DNA of 64,000 bases. It comes from Bacillota bacterium. Lineage in GTDB: Bacteria > Bacillota > Clostridia > Christensenellales > Aristaeellaceae. Below the pieces are notes generated by a model. It saw nothing but the letters and a program-made list of their open reading frames with translations, did not search any database and was not told the origin of the DNA. Positions 28,509-37,471 of the stretch are shown here, in pieces. A program made the translations under genes and the position numbers. Location of the stretch: positions 1,344 through 65,343 of the forward strand of contig JAEVYX010000017.1 in assembly GCA_023392515.1 (NCBI GenBank), read 5' to 3'. How positions within the stretch are numbered: the first letter of the stretch is position 1; every line of letters starts with the position of its first letter.

Positions 28509-29374
28509 GACAGCTTATCCTCCCTTCTGCGCATGAATATTGTCAGCGCCAGGGATACCGACGCCAGCAGCACAAAGAAGATGGTGGATTGCGCGGTGGC
28601 ATACCCTGTGCGGTTGGCGTTATAGGCCGTGTTGTATATTTTCAGCACCATGGTCATAGAGGCGCCCGCCGGGCCGCCGGAAGTCATGGTATAAGGTATT
28701 TCAAACGTTTTCATATGGGCTGCGCAGGAAAGAATTAAGCAGGTAAAAATAGTGGGGGAAATCAAGGGGAGTTTGATATTCCATAGCACATGCCACCCAT
28801 TTGCACCGTCAATTTCTGCCGCTTCCAGGAGATCATCGGATATGGTCTGCAAGGACGACAGATAAATGATCATATAATAACCTGCACAGTTCCATATCCC
28901 CACCACAGCCAGGGCATAAATTACACTTTGGGGTTTGCCCAGCACTGCTGTGGCTGGCAGCTTTATCACTTCCAGTATATCCGGCAGTGCCCCGGTGTAC
29001 ACAAAGCGCCAAATATAGCCTACCACCAGCAAGCTCATAATGTTGGGAATAAAAAAGGCGGAGCGCATCAGATTCCGGCCTCTTATGGGCCTGTCCAGCA
29101 TCAAGGCCAGCGTCAGCGAAAGCAGATTTCCTGCGATAACCGCCACCAATGCATAGGTAAGCGTGATGGAAATGGTATCTACAAAGCTTTTATCCGTCAG
29201 TGCTTCCTTATAGTTACTCAATCCCACCCAATTGTAAGAGGATTTCATGCCATAGGAGTCGGTAAAGGAAAGCACCAGGCTTTGCAGTACCGGCACTACA
29301 AAAAATACTACGAATAGGCTCAAGGCAGGCAAAAGGATCAATAAATAAAAGATTGCATCCCGTTTCTTTTTCAT
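28505..29374 (-). CDS. Carbohydrate ABC transporter permease
   Basis: The EAA loop is LEAAEIDGANGWHVLWNIKLPLISP. Confidence 0.9.
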   Translation of the reverse strand: MKKKRDAIFYLLILLPALSLFVVFFVVPVLQSLVLSFTDSYGMKSSYNWVGLSNYKEALTDKSFVDTISITLTYALVAVIAGNLLSLTLALMLDRPIRGRNLMRSAFFIPNIMSLLVVGYIWRFVYTGALPDILEVIKLPATAVLGKPQSVIYALAVVGIWNCAGYYMIIYLSSLQTISDDLLEAAEIDGANGWHVLWNIKLPLISPTIFTCLILSCAAHMKTFEIPYTMTSGGPAGASMTMVLKIYNTAYNANRTGYATAQSTIFFVLLASVSLALTIFMRRREDKLS

Positions 29375-29402
29375 GTCAACCTATCCTTTCCGGATAAACG
29401 GA

Positions 29403-29454
29403 GCCCGCCGCTGAAAAGAAGGGCGGGCACCCGGGACGGGATACTTCCCCGTCC
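29403..29454 (-). promoter_or_regulatory. Two GC-rich hairpins between the SBP and permease genes (intra-operon attenuator/mRNA stabiliser)
   Basis: GCCCGCC-12 nt-GGCGGGC and GGACGGG-7 nt-CCCGTCC lie in the 152-nt SBP-permease spacer. Confidence 0.5.
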
Positions 29455-29526
29455 TCTGAGTACCCGCCATTAAATGAGGCATCCAGGGATATTTACAAAA
29501 ATTGTTTCCCTTTGGCGTAGGAACGC

Positions 29527-30768
29527 TTATTCAGCGTCTCGGGCCTTGTCCCAGAAGGTATCAAGATCGGCGGACAGCGCTTCCCAAGTGGTGGTATCCA
29601 GCATGTACTTGGAGAAGCTTTCCCACAGCTTATCGGTGAATATGGAGCGAAGCACGCGATCGCCGTAGGGGGTAAACTGACCGGAGGTCATATAGGCGCT
29701 GATATCAGCGGCGATGGGATCATAATCCACATTTACACCTGTGACGGCAGAGGAAACCTTGACGTTCCTGGACCAGATTTCTCCGGCTTCGGCAGAGGTC
29801 ATGTATTCGAGAAAGGCAAGGGCCATTTCGGCGTTCTTGGAATCCTTTGCAATGGACATCGCGCTGTCGGGGAAAGCCAGGAGCTTGGCGTCTTCCGCAT
29901 TATCAGAAATGGGGAAAGCCATCAGGCCGATGTTGGCATCGGGGTTGGCGGCACGGATACCGGACAGCGCCCAGGAGCCGTTGCCATAGAAGGCGGCGGC
30001 ACCGGTAGCCAAAGCTGCATTGGAATCGTCATAGGACATGTTGAAGGTGTTGTTTGGATCAGCATAGCCGTAGGCAAATTCCTTTTGGAGGTCAAAGGCC
30101 AGCTTCCATTCGGCACTTGCGACGATGGAAACTTCGCCGGCATCACGCTTTGCAGACCATTCAGGATCCTGTCCAAATACGGTTTCGGAGAATAGTGCGA
30201 TCAAGGACATGTAAGGCACGGATAAATCCAGGCAACCGGTTGCAAAGGGGGTTACGCCGTTGGCCTTCAAGGTCTCGCAGGCGGTACGCAGTTCAGTAAG
30301 CGTGGTGGGTACGGCGATATTGTTGGCGGCCAGCACATCCTTGTTGTAGTACAGGGCGATGTAGCCGTTGTCAATGGGCATGGCGTACACGCCGTTGTCA
30401 TAGATGGCATTGGCGGCGGCAACGGTGTCAGCGCTAAGGTTGTTTAGGAAATCTTGACCGTTCAGGTCCAGCAGATATTCAGGCTCGATTTCCTTCATCC
30501 AGGTAATGAGATCAGGCATATCGCTGGAAGCAGCCCTGGCGCGCAGGGTGGTTTTCAACTGATCGGCTGTCATGGACTGCAGATCAAATTCCACATTGGG
30601 ATACAGTTTCTGAAATCCGGCGAACATCTCGGCAAAGGCATCCTGGCAGGACTGTTCTTGTTTTAAAGACAGGATTTCGAGAACGACTTTGTCCTCGGCT
30701 GATGCAACGGTCAGGAGCAAGGTGCTCATCAAAACCACGACAAGCAGCAAAGAAATTAATTTCTTCAT
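29527..30768 (-). CDS. Family-1 extracellular sugar-binding protein
   Basis: MKKLISLLLVVVLMSTLLLTVASA looks like a signal peptide. The RBS is AAAGGAGAAA. It is ~410 aa and is the first gene of the SBP-permease-permease-GH125 operon. Confidence 0.85.
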   Translation of the reverse strand: MKKLISLLLVVVLMSTLLLTVASAEDKVVLEILSLKQEQSCQDAFAEMFAGFQKLYPNVEFDLQSMTADQLKTTLRARAASSDMPDLITWMKEIEPEYLLDLNGQDFLNNLSADTVAAANAIYDNGVYAMPIDNGYIALYYNKDVLAANNIAVPTTLTELRTACETLKANGVTPFATGCLDLSVPYMSLIALFSETVFGQDPEWSAKRDAGEVSIVASAEWKLAFDLQKEFAYGYADPNNTFNMSYDDSNAALATGAAAFYGNGSWALSGIRAANPDANIGLMAFPISDNAEDAKLLAFPDSAMSIAKDSKNAEMALAFLEYMTSAEAGEIWSRNVKVSSAVTGVNVDYDPIAADISAYMTSGQFTPYGDRVLRSIFTDKLWESFSKYMLDTTTWEALSADLDTFWDKARDAE

Positions 30769-30842
30769 ATGATTTCTCCTTTACTCGTACCATTTGGATT
30801 ATTTCATGCCCACGAAAACCTGGCCAGCATCTTCATGGGGCA

Positions 30843-32087
30843 TCAAACCATAGATAAAGATAGTTTCGGCTTGCTGAATAAATTATCAAACACCATGAAA
30901 CAACCGCCAAGGGCATATTTGTCTTCTGGAAGCTGACCGCAGTAAACGGAAACTTTAACCCCAAGATTATCGGTGAGATACGTTTGCAGCGCATCTTCGG
31001 CAGTCTTAAAAAAAACACTGCTTTCCAATGCTGGGCTGCCGCCTATCACCACCTTGGAAATTTCCATGGTTTTCACAATGTTGGAAATGGCAATGCCAAG
31101 ATAGGAGCCCGCTTCCGATAATACCGCCCGCGCCGCAGAATCGCCTTCTCCCGCCATTTTGACCAAACGATCAAAGTCTGGCAATTCCCCGTCTGCTCCT
31201 TGGAGGCCGGACTTTTCGCGATAGCGCTCAACAATGGACAGCTTTCCGGCGTACACATCCAGACATCCCCAGCTGCCGCAGCGGCATGGCGGTCCTTTGG
31301 GATCTAGGGTGGTATGGCCGATAAAGCCTGCGTTCCCCTTTTCCCCCGCCATAGGATGGTTGTTCTGATAGATAATGCTGCCTATGCCGGCCCGCAAACC
31401 AATGTATATAAAGTCGGTGGTTTCATCGCCTAGGTACAAGCGCTTTTCAACCAATCCCATCAGGTGCACATCGTTTTGAATGTACACTGCTAGTTTCAGG
31501 TGGCGCTCCAGCTTCTTCTGAATGTCTACGCGCTGCCAGCCATGAATGCGCTCAATGTTCATGGATATGCCGTTTACCGTATCAATGACCCCCGGCAGCC
31601 CGATGCCCACGCCGTCGATCAAGGCTTTTTCAACCCCGGAATCAGCAATGAACTGATCCAGCTCCCGGAGCAGATCCTCCATAAGAGCATCCTTTTCAAT
31701 GTCTATATCATAATTCAGCGTCTTTGCTGCTCGAATATCGCCCTTCATGTTGGCAATAGCCATGCGGATTATGGGAAATTCAAAGTCTATTCCCACTGCA
31801 AAATGGCGCTCTCCGCTGAGATTTAGCAAAGCGGCCGCCCGCCCGCCGCAGGATTCGGAGTAACCATCCTTAACGACGATCCCCTCTTCCATCAGCTCCT
31901 TGACGAGGTTAAGTACAGTAGGCCGGCTAAGGCTTGTGCGCCTTACCACATCTTCGGTGGAAATGGGAGCATATTTCATGATGCATTGAAGGATCAGAAA
32001 TTTGTTGGCCTCCTTCAAAATCTTGATGTTATTCCCTTTCACCGCATTATCAGCGTTCAATACGCTCCCCCCGCTTCTTGATTGCAT
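30843..32087 (-). CDS. ROK-family transcriptional regulator
   Basis: The N-terminal winged HTH reads STEDVVRRTSLSRPTVLNLVKELMEEG. The ROK Zn motif CRCGSWGCLDVYAG is present. The RBS is GGAGGG. Confidence 0.85.
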   Translation of the reverse strand: MQSRSGGSVLNADNAVKGNNIKILKEANKFLILQCIMKYAPISTEDVVRRTSLSRPTVLNLVKELMEEGIVVKDGYSESCGGRAAALLNLSGERHFAVGIDFEFPIIRMAIANMKGDIRAAKTLNYDIDIEKDALMEDLLRELDQFIADSGVEKALIDGVGIGLPGVIDTVNGISMNIERIHGWQRVDIQKKLERHLKLAVYIQNDVHLMGLVEKRLYLGDETTDFIYIGLRAGIGSIIYQNNHPMAGEKGNAGFIGHTTLDPKGPPCRCGSWGCLDVYAGKLSIVERYREKSGLQGADGELPDFDRLVKMAGEGDSAARAVLSEAGSYLGIAISNIVKTMEISKVVIGGSPALESSVFFKTAEDALQTYLTDNLGVKVSVYCGQLPEDKYALGGCFMVFDNLFSKPKLSLSMV

Positions 32088-32117
32088 TATAACAGCCCTC
32101 CAAACTTTTGTAAATAC

Positions 32118-32129
32118 ATTTAATTAAAT
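32118..32129. promoter_or_regulatory. Perfect 12-bp palindrome in the divergent promoter region (candidate ROK operator)
   Basis: ATTTAATTAAAT lies between the ROK regulator gene and the unknown 383-aa gene. Confidence 0.3.
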
Positions 32130-32166
32130 TTTTTAATAAAAACAATATCATTGGATCGGGATTGTA

Positions 32167-32175
32167 TGATATAAT
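32167..32175 (+). promoter_or_regulatory. Extended -10 promoter element
   Basis: TGATATAAT (TGnTATAAT) lies 47 nt upstream of ATG 32222. Confidence 0.45.
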
Positions 32176-32221
32176 AAATCCAAGGATCATTGGCACTATA
32201 TACAGCAAGGAGTCATTCCTA

Positions 32222-33373
32222 ATGAAAGAAACGTTTTCTTCCTACTTAGAAATGCTATCGCAAAAGCTTATCAGGGGATGTGTTACCAAAACGCCCGCAG
32301 GTATTACCTTGTTCACTCCGGATGGCGTTGCCAGTTACGATGCATTGTGGCTGCGGGATTTTGCCTACATGGCCGAATACGCCGGAGATTTCATTTCCAA
32401 TGATGAATTGGAAGGATGCATCCGTTATGCGCTCTCCGGCAAGCGGGAGGATGGCTGGATGCCTGACCGCATTTATGCCGATGGAATGGTGGCCTATGCG
32501 GCCGGCGTTGTGGGCAAGCCCGTAGGCGAGGCTAACCTGGATAACACCCCTTTTCTTATTTATGCTGTATGGCAGTTGCTGAGCAGGCTGCCTGTCAGCA
32601 AAGCAAAGCCATTGTTTGAAACTTGGCAAAGTGACTTGGTTCAGGGTCTTCGCGCTATTCCCCGCAGCACAAGGGGATTGGTATATTCCTCTCCCGCAGC
32701 CCCCCATTCCCCTTATGGTTTTACCGATACCGTGGCCAAAACCGGTGAATTGATGATGGAATCCCTTTTGTATTGGCGTGCCGCAAAAATGATGAGCGTG
32801 CTTCAGCATCGCTATGGTTTTACCCATAAAGCTGACCTCACCGAAGATGCTGCTTTAATTGAGAATAACCTGCAGGCCCTGTATGACGAAGAAAGCGGCA
32901 TGTTCCTGGCAGCCACGCAGGACTGCCGCCAAATTGATATTTGGGGCAATGCCTATTTGCTGTATATCGGTTTCCCGGCAGCAAAGGCGAAAGAAACCAT
33001 TCTTTCTTATTTGTCCACGCATCTTTGGGATTTCACATACAAGGGGCAAATACGCCATCTGCCTCCCAGGGAATATTGGCAGCGGCTTTTAATTGATGTA
33101 GCCCATGATGAGTATCAAAACGGCGCGTACTGGGCCACCGCTACGGGATGGGTCTTGTGGTGCGTGGCACAGAAGGATGCAAAAAGTGCGTTTGAACTTT
33201 TGACGAAAGTTGTGTACTCCTTCCAAAATGATGGCGTTTTTGAGTGCGTTAATGAAGGATACGAAAAGCTTGATAGTTTTGTAGTCAGCGCTACCAATGT
33301 ATTGGGGGGCTTCCGCCGCGCCGTACATGAATTCCCAGCCTTAGCGGAGCTTGTCTTAAGCGCAGACCTCTAA
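32222..33373 (+). CDS. Uncharacterised cytoplasmic protein, possibly a six-hairpin glycosidase-like fold
   Basis: ORF 32162-33373, but nt 32162-32221 contain the promoter. ATG 32222 lies 8 nt after AAGGAG. The segment YDALWLRDFAYMAEY echoes the AMWLRDS segment of GH125. I cannot place the family. Confidence 0.7.
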   Translation: MKETFSSYLEMLSQKLIRGCVTKTPAGITLFTPDGVASYDALWLRDFAYMAEYAGDFISNDELEGCIRYALSGKREDGWMPDRIYADGMVAYAAGVVGKPVGEANLDNTPFLIYAVWQLLSRLPVSKAKPLFETWQSDLVQGLRAIPRSTRGLVYSSPAAPHSPYGFTDTVAKTGELMMESLLYWRAAKMMSVLQHRYGFTHKADLTEDAALIENNLQALYDEESGMFLAATQDCRQIDIWGNAYLLYIGFPAAKAKETILSYLSTHLWDFTYKGQIRHLPPREYWQRLLIDVAHDEYQNGAYWATATGWVLWCVAQKDAKSAFELLTKVVYSFQNDGVFECVNEGYEKLDSFVVSATNVLGGFRRAVHEFPALAELVLSADL

Positions 33374-33532
33374 ACAGCTTGATTATACCTTTTTTTCTGG
33401 TCTGCCTCAACTATCGTATCAATAAAGCGGCGCAGGCGGCCGGGATATACCCTCCCTTATTCATTAGAAGCACCTGAGTATACATGCGCCCGACCAGCGT
33501 AACTTAATTGCTCCACGTTAGGAGGAAGTCTT

Positions 33533-34474
33533 ATGAACAGCAATTTCCGCCTGGGCATTGATATTGGCGGAACCAAGGTAAATGCAGGCATTATACGCGA
33601 GGATGGTTATATATTGGACACCTGCACCTTTTCTTCCAGGGATTCTGCAGACGCCGAAGGCTTGGTCAAGGAAATTTGCATACAATCGGAAATATGCCTT
33701 ACCCGCAACGACATGACACTTTCGAATATTCACCATATCGGTGTGGGTATCCCGGGGACGGCAGACTATCAAAATGGTGTAGTCCGTTACAGCTCCAACC
33801 TTTTTGGTGAGAACGTCCCCCTGGGCAGTTACTTTTTTGACCGCTGGCAGCGAAGCGTTACAGTCGTACAGGATTCTTGGGCAGGCGCTTGGGCGGAGTA
33901 CCTGTTTGGTCAGAATCGAAAGTGGGACAACATGCTTTGCCTTACCATCGGCACCGGCATTGGCTGCGGCATCATCCTTCACGGAAAGGTGTTTGGAGGC
34001 GCCATGCATACAGCCGGTGAAATCGGCCACACCCCAATTGTTCCCAACGGCAGGCCTTGCAGCTGCGGCAAGCGGGGATGTTTGGAGACATATGCTTCAG
34101 GAACGGCTATCTGGGAGCAGGCACTGGAGCGCTTTCCTGACAAACTCAGCGGCCTTGCCCAGAGGGCAGAAACAATTTTTCAAATGGCATACGATGGTGA
34201 TGCAGATGCGCTTGATCTAATTGAAGAATGTGTTGACAAACTTGCCTACGGCCTATCCATAATGATCGACATTTTGTCGGTAAATGTTATCACCATCAGC
34301 GGTGGAATCTGCAGCCATGAACGGCTGATGATAGCACCCCTGGTCGAAAAAATACGGGCTTACGGTTATCCATCCTGGGCAAAAGAAAATTCAGTTATTG
34401 TGAAAAAGGCCGGGCTTGGCAGCTATGCCCCCATGGCGGGTGCTGCCTTTCTCACAAAAGATTTTATTATATAA
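33533..34474 (+). CDS. ROK-family sugar kinase (gluco/mannokinase-like)
   Basis: Motifs LGIDIGGTKVNAG and CSCGKRGCLETYASG. There is no N-terminal HTH. The RBS is AGGAGGAAG. Confidence 0.85.
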   Translation: MNSNFRLGIDIGGTKVNAGIIREDGYILDTCTFSSRDSADAEGLVKEICIQSEICLTRNDMTLSNIHHIGVGIPGTADYQNGVVRYSSNLFGENVPLGSYFFDRWQRSVTVVQDSWAGAWAEYLFGQNRKWDNMLCLTIGTGIGCGIILHGKVFGGAMHTAGEIGHTPIVPNGRPCSCGKRGCLETYASGTAIWEQALERFPDKLSGLAQRAETIFQMAYDGDADALDLIEECVDKLAYGLSIMIDILSVNVITISGGICSHERLMIAPLVEKIRAYGYPSWAKENSVIVKKAGLGSYAPMAGAAFLTKDFII

Positions 34475-34499
34475 GCACACATCATATAAGGAGAAAGCC

Positions 34500-35429
34500 A
34501 TGGCCGTATATTTTACCAAGCCCATCCCTCGTCCTGCATTATGGGGCGGGAAACTGTTAAAAGAGTATTTTCAATATCCCGATTTTCCAGACAATATTGG
34601 ACAATCCTGGGCTTTCAGCGCACAGGATGGCGCATCCAACCTGATTGAGGGAGGAGAATACGCCGGGAAAACCCTGGCGGACCTATGGCATGAGAAGCCT
34701 TATATTTTCGCAAGCCGATATAATACGTTTCCTGTTATCGTCTCCCTGGTTGCGCCTGTGGAGGATTTGAGCATTCAGATTCATCCCAATGCTGCCATCG
34801 CGGCAGAAAGCGGTCATGCCATGGGTAAAAATGAGGCGTGGTATTTTTTGGAGGCTCAGGATGACGGAAACATTGTTTACGGATGCCGTGCGAAAAATGA
34901 AGTGGAACTCCGGAAGATGATTGCATCTGATCGGTGGAATGACCTGGTGCAGCTCTTGCCTGTGCGCCGGGGGGATTTTGTTTATCTTCCAGCCGGCATA
35001 CTCCATGCGCTTAGAAAAGGCAGCATTGTATATGAAATTCAGCAGGCAACAGACATCACCTATCGTTTTTTTGATTACCACCGAAAGGGTACTGATGGCA
35101 AAGAGCGAGATTTGCACATCGAGCAGGCTATTCGCTGCATGAACTTCAATTTGAACGAGGACTGCGCACATTCATCCCAAATTGATGATTACCTTCCCCA
35201 TGGTACGCTGACCAAACTGATTTGCAACGACAGTTTTTGTGTGCGTAAGCTTGTGCTGAATAGAGAGGAAACCCTGGTCTTTGACGGCTACCAACTAATG
35301 ACCGTCTGTAATGGCGGCGGCAGAGTAGATGGCCTTCCTCTGCATATCGGACAAAGTTTTCTTGTTCCCTCAAAGAATAAGATATTGCTTGAAGGACAAA
35401 TGACGATTTTGATGACCGGGGAAAGATAG
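34500..35429 (+). CDS. manA: Class I mannose-6-phosphate isomerase
   Basis: ORF 34416-35429. ATG 34500 follows AAGGAGAAAG. Motifs SIQIHPN, GKNEAWYFL and HALRKGSIVYEIQQATDITYRFFDYHR match Firmicute type I PMI. Confidence 0.85.
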   Translation: MAVYFTKPIPRPALWGGKLLKEYFQYPDFPDNIGQSWAFSAQDGASNLIEGGEYAGKTLADLWHEKPYIFASRYNTFPVIVSLVAPVEDLSIQIHPNAAIAAESGHAMGKNEAWYFLEAQDDGNIVYGCRAKNEVELRKMIASDRWNDLVQLLPVRRGDFVYLPAGILHALRKGSIVYEIQQATDITYRFFDYHRKGTDGKERDLHIEQAIRCMNFNLNEDCAHSSQIDDYLPHGTLTKLICNDSFCVRKLVLNREETLVFDGYQLMTVCNGGGRVDGLPLHIGQSFLVPSKNKILLEGQMTILMTGER

Positions 35430-35561
35430 TGGATCAATTATTCCTGGAACCTTCTTCTGCCGCATTCTTGAGAAAACCTGGGCTGTTAACGGGCAAGATA
35501 TGTTTGCATCACCTTTGCGGCGTATGATATACTTGTGCATAACAATCAGATTGAAGACGGG

Positions 35562-36332
35562 ATGGACAAACTGATGAACATGAAGCAGCGGCAGCAGGCA
35601 ATGATAGAAATGATCAATAGGGAAGGTTCTGTCGGCTTTGCTTCGCTGAAGGAAGCCTTTCCCGATGTTTCGGAAATGACTTTGCGCCGTGATTTAGAAT
35701 ACTTGGATCGTGTTAAGAAAATCATTCGTATTCATGGCGGAGCTAAATCAGTAGACGTTGTGATCGGTACGGATGATCTTTTCTTCAAGCGCAGCACCAG
35801 AAATGCGGAGGCAAAGAAGCTGATTGCGCAAAAGGCGGTGGAATTGATCAGTGAGAATACTTCCATTTACATTGATTCGGGTTCGACTGCTACAGAATTC
35901 GCGAAGATTTTTCCTGATGGCAGGTATCTGGTCTTTACAAGCGGCATTAGCTGCGCACAGGAACTGGCTCGCTTGACAGAGGCGCAGGTTCATATGGTTG
36001 GCGGACGGCTGAATCCCTTTAGCCTAAGCGTAAACGGATCAAGAAGCCTGACTTATCTGGAAAACATAAATTTTCAAACGGCTTTTTTGGGGGTAACCGG
36101 ATATATACACGGGCGTGGTTTCACTTGCGGTTCAGAGGAAGAATGCGAATTGAAGCGTGCTATCATCAGAAAGTCAGAAAAGGTGGTACTCCTGATGGAT
36201 GCTCAGAAGGTGGATGTTACCAGCACGTTTACATTTGCCAATCTGGAAGATGTGGATGTTGTTGTGTCCGATCCGGCATTGGGAGATAAGACGCGCAAGG
36301 AATTTGAGAAATACAATATTGCCGTATATTAA
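35562..36332 (+). CDS. DeoR-family transcriptional regulator
   Basis: The HTH reads FASLKEAFPDVSEMTLRRDLEYLD. The sensor-domain motif IYIDSGSTATEFAK is present. The start is ambiguous (35535 GTG, 35562, 35574 or 35580 ATG). Confidence 0.85.
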   Translation: MDKLMNMKQRQQAMIEMINREGSVGFASLKEAFPDVSEMTLRRDLEYLDRVKKIIRIHGGAKSVDVVIGTDDLFFKRSTRNAEAKKLIAQKAVELISENTSIYIDSGSTATEFAKIFPDGRYLVFTSGISCAQELARLTEAQVHMVGGRLNPFSLSVNGSRSLTYLENINFQTAFLGVTGYIHGRGFTCGSEEECELKRAIIRKSEKVVLLMDAQKVDVTSTFTFANLEDVDVVVSDPALGDKTRKEFEKYNIAVY

Positions 36333-36362
36333 AATAGTTATCTACTAACATAGGTCTTTGCT

Positions 36363-36391
36363 GCCCGCTTGACGAAGCGGGCTTTTTGTTT
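36363..36391 (+). terminator. Rho-independent terminator
   Basis: GCCCGCTT-gacg-AAGCGGGC is followed by TTTTTGTTT. Confidence 0.85.
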
Positions 36392-36425
36392 GCAATTAAG
36401 GTTACAAATAACACCAAAAAGCCTA

Positions 36426-36474
36426 TTGACTATTGAAACGAACATGATATCATTGTATATATGTTTGAAACAAC
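36426..36474 (+). promoter_or_regulatory. Candidate promoter with two TTGAAAC direct repeats (possible DeoR operator)
   Basis: TTGACT (36426-31), a 16-nt spacer, then TATCAT (36448-53). TTGAAACGAAC (36433-43) and TTGAAACAAC (36465-74) flank the -10. Confidence 0.4.
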
Positions 36475-36537
36475 CTCTTTTTGATGTGATAATTACGTCC
36501 GCGTGGTTTTCGAATCAATTGGAAAGGAAATAACGGG

Positions 36538-37464
36538 ATGATTATAACGGTTACCTTGAATCCGGCGCTGGACAAAACAGTGACTCTTCCCATGTTTTCT
36601 GTTGGGCGAGTCAACCGGATCACGCAGATGCGCCTGGACCCTGGCGGAAAAGGTATAAATGTGTCAAAGGTCATCCAAAGTCTGGGAGGCCAAAGCGTGG
36701 CTATGGGGATTTTGGGCGGCGAAGCGGGTAAATGCATTAAAGAATCCCTGGATGCAATGGGGATAGTAAACGACTTTTTGTTCGTAGCGGAACCTACGCG
36801 TACCAATCTAAAAATAATCGATCCGGAACTGCACACCAATACGGATATCAATGAACCTGGCTCTCCGGTGGATGAACAAAAGGCGGAAAGCGTTTATGCG
36901 AGGCTGGAAGCAAGAGTGCAGTCTGGAGACGTTGTTGTTTTGGCTGGGAAAGCCCCTCCGGGTATACATGACGGTATTTTTGCTCAATGGACTGAACGGC
37001 TGCATAGGCTGGGTGCAAAAGTATATCTGGATGCGGACGGGCCTCTGCTTTTGCAAGGGGTTGCAGCCAAACCGGATTTGATCAAGCCTAATGAGGAAGA
37101 GTTTTCGCATTTGATGGGGAGAAGCCTTCGCTCGGTTGACGAAATTGCCTCGGCTGCACAAGAACTTCTGCACAGGGGTATTGGACAAATTGTTATATCT
37201 TTGGGTGCAAATGGCGCTTTGTTTGTTAAGCAAGGCCGAACAATTTATGCAAAGGGGCTTAAAGTGCCTGTCCAAAGTACAGTAGGAGCGGGGGACGCCA
37301 CCATGGCCGCATTGGTATTGGGCAGTGCCCGGGGCGATTCCTGGGAAAGCACCATACGACTGGCTATTGCGGCTGGAGCAGCCAGCGTGATGTGCGCCGG
37401 CACGGAGGCTGCCTCCTTGAAAACAGTGGTAGCGCTTATGAAGCAAGTAGAATTGGAAGGATAA
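36538..37464 (+). CDS. PfkB-family 1-phosphofructokinase/tagatose-6-phosphate-kinase-like enzyme
   Basis: The N-terminus MIITVTLNPALDKTV is typical of FruK/LacC. Motifs DPGGKGINVS and TVGAGDA are present. Confidence 0.8.
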   Translation: MIITVTLNPALDKTVTLPMFSVGRVNRITQMRLDPGGKGINVSKVIQSLGGQSVAMGILGGEAGKCIKESLDAMGIVNDFLFVAEPTRTNLKIIDPELHTNTDINEPGSPVDEQKAESVYARLEARVQSGDVVVLAGKAPPGIHDGIFAQWTERLHRLGAKVYLDADGPLLLQGVAAKPDLIKPNEEEFSHLMGRSLRSVDEIASAAQELLHRGIGQIVISLGANGALFVKQGRTIYAKGLKVPVQSTVGAGDATMAALVLGSARGDSWESTIRLAIAAGAASVMCAGTEAASLKTVVALMKQVELEG

Positions 37465-37471
37465 TATCATA

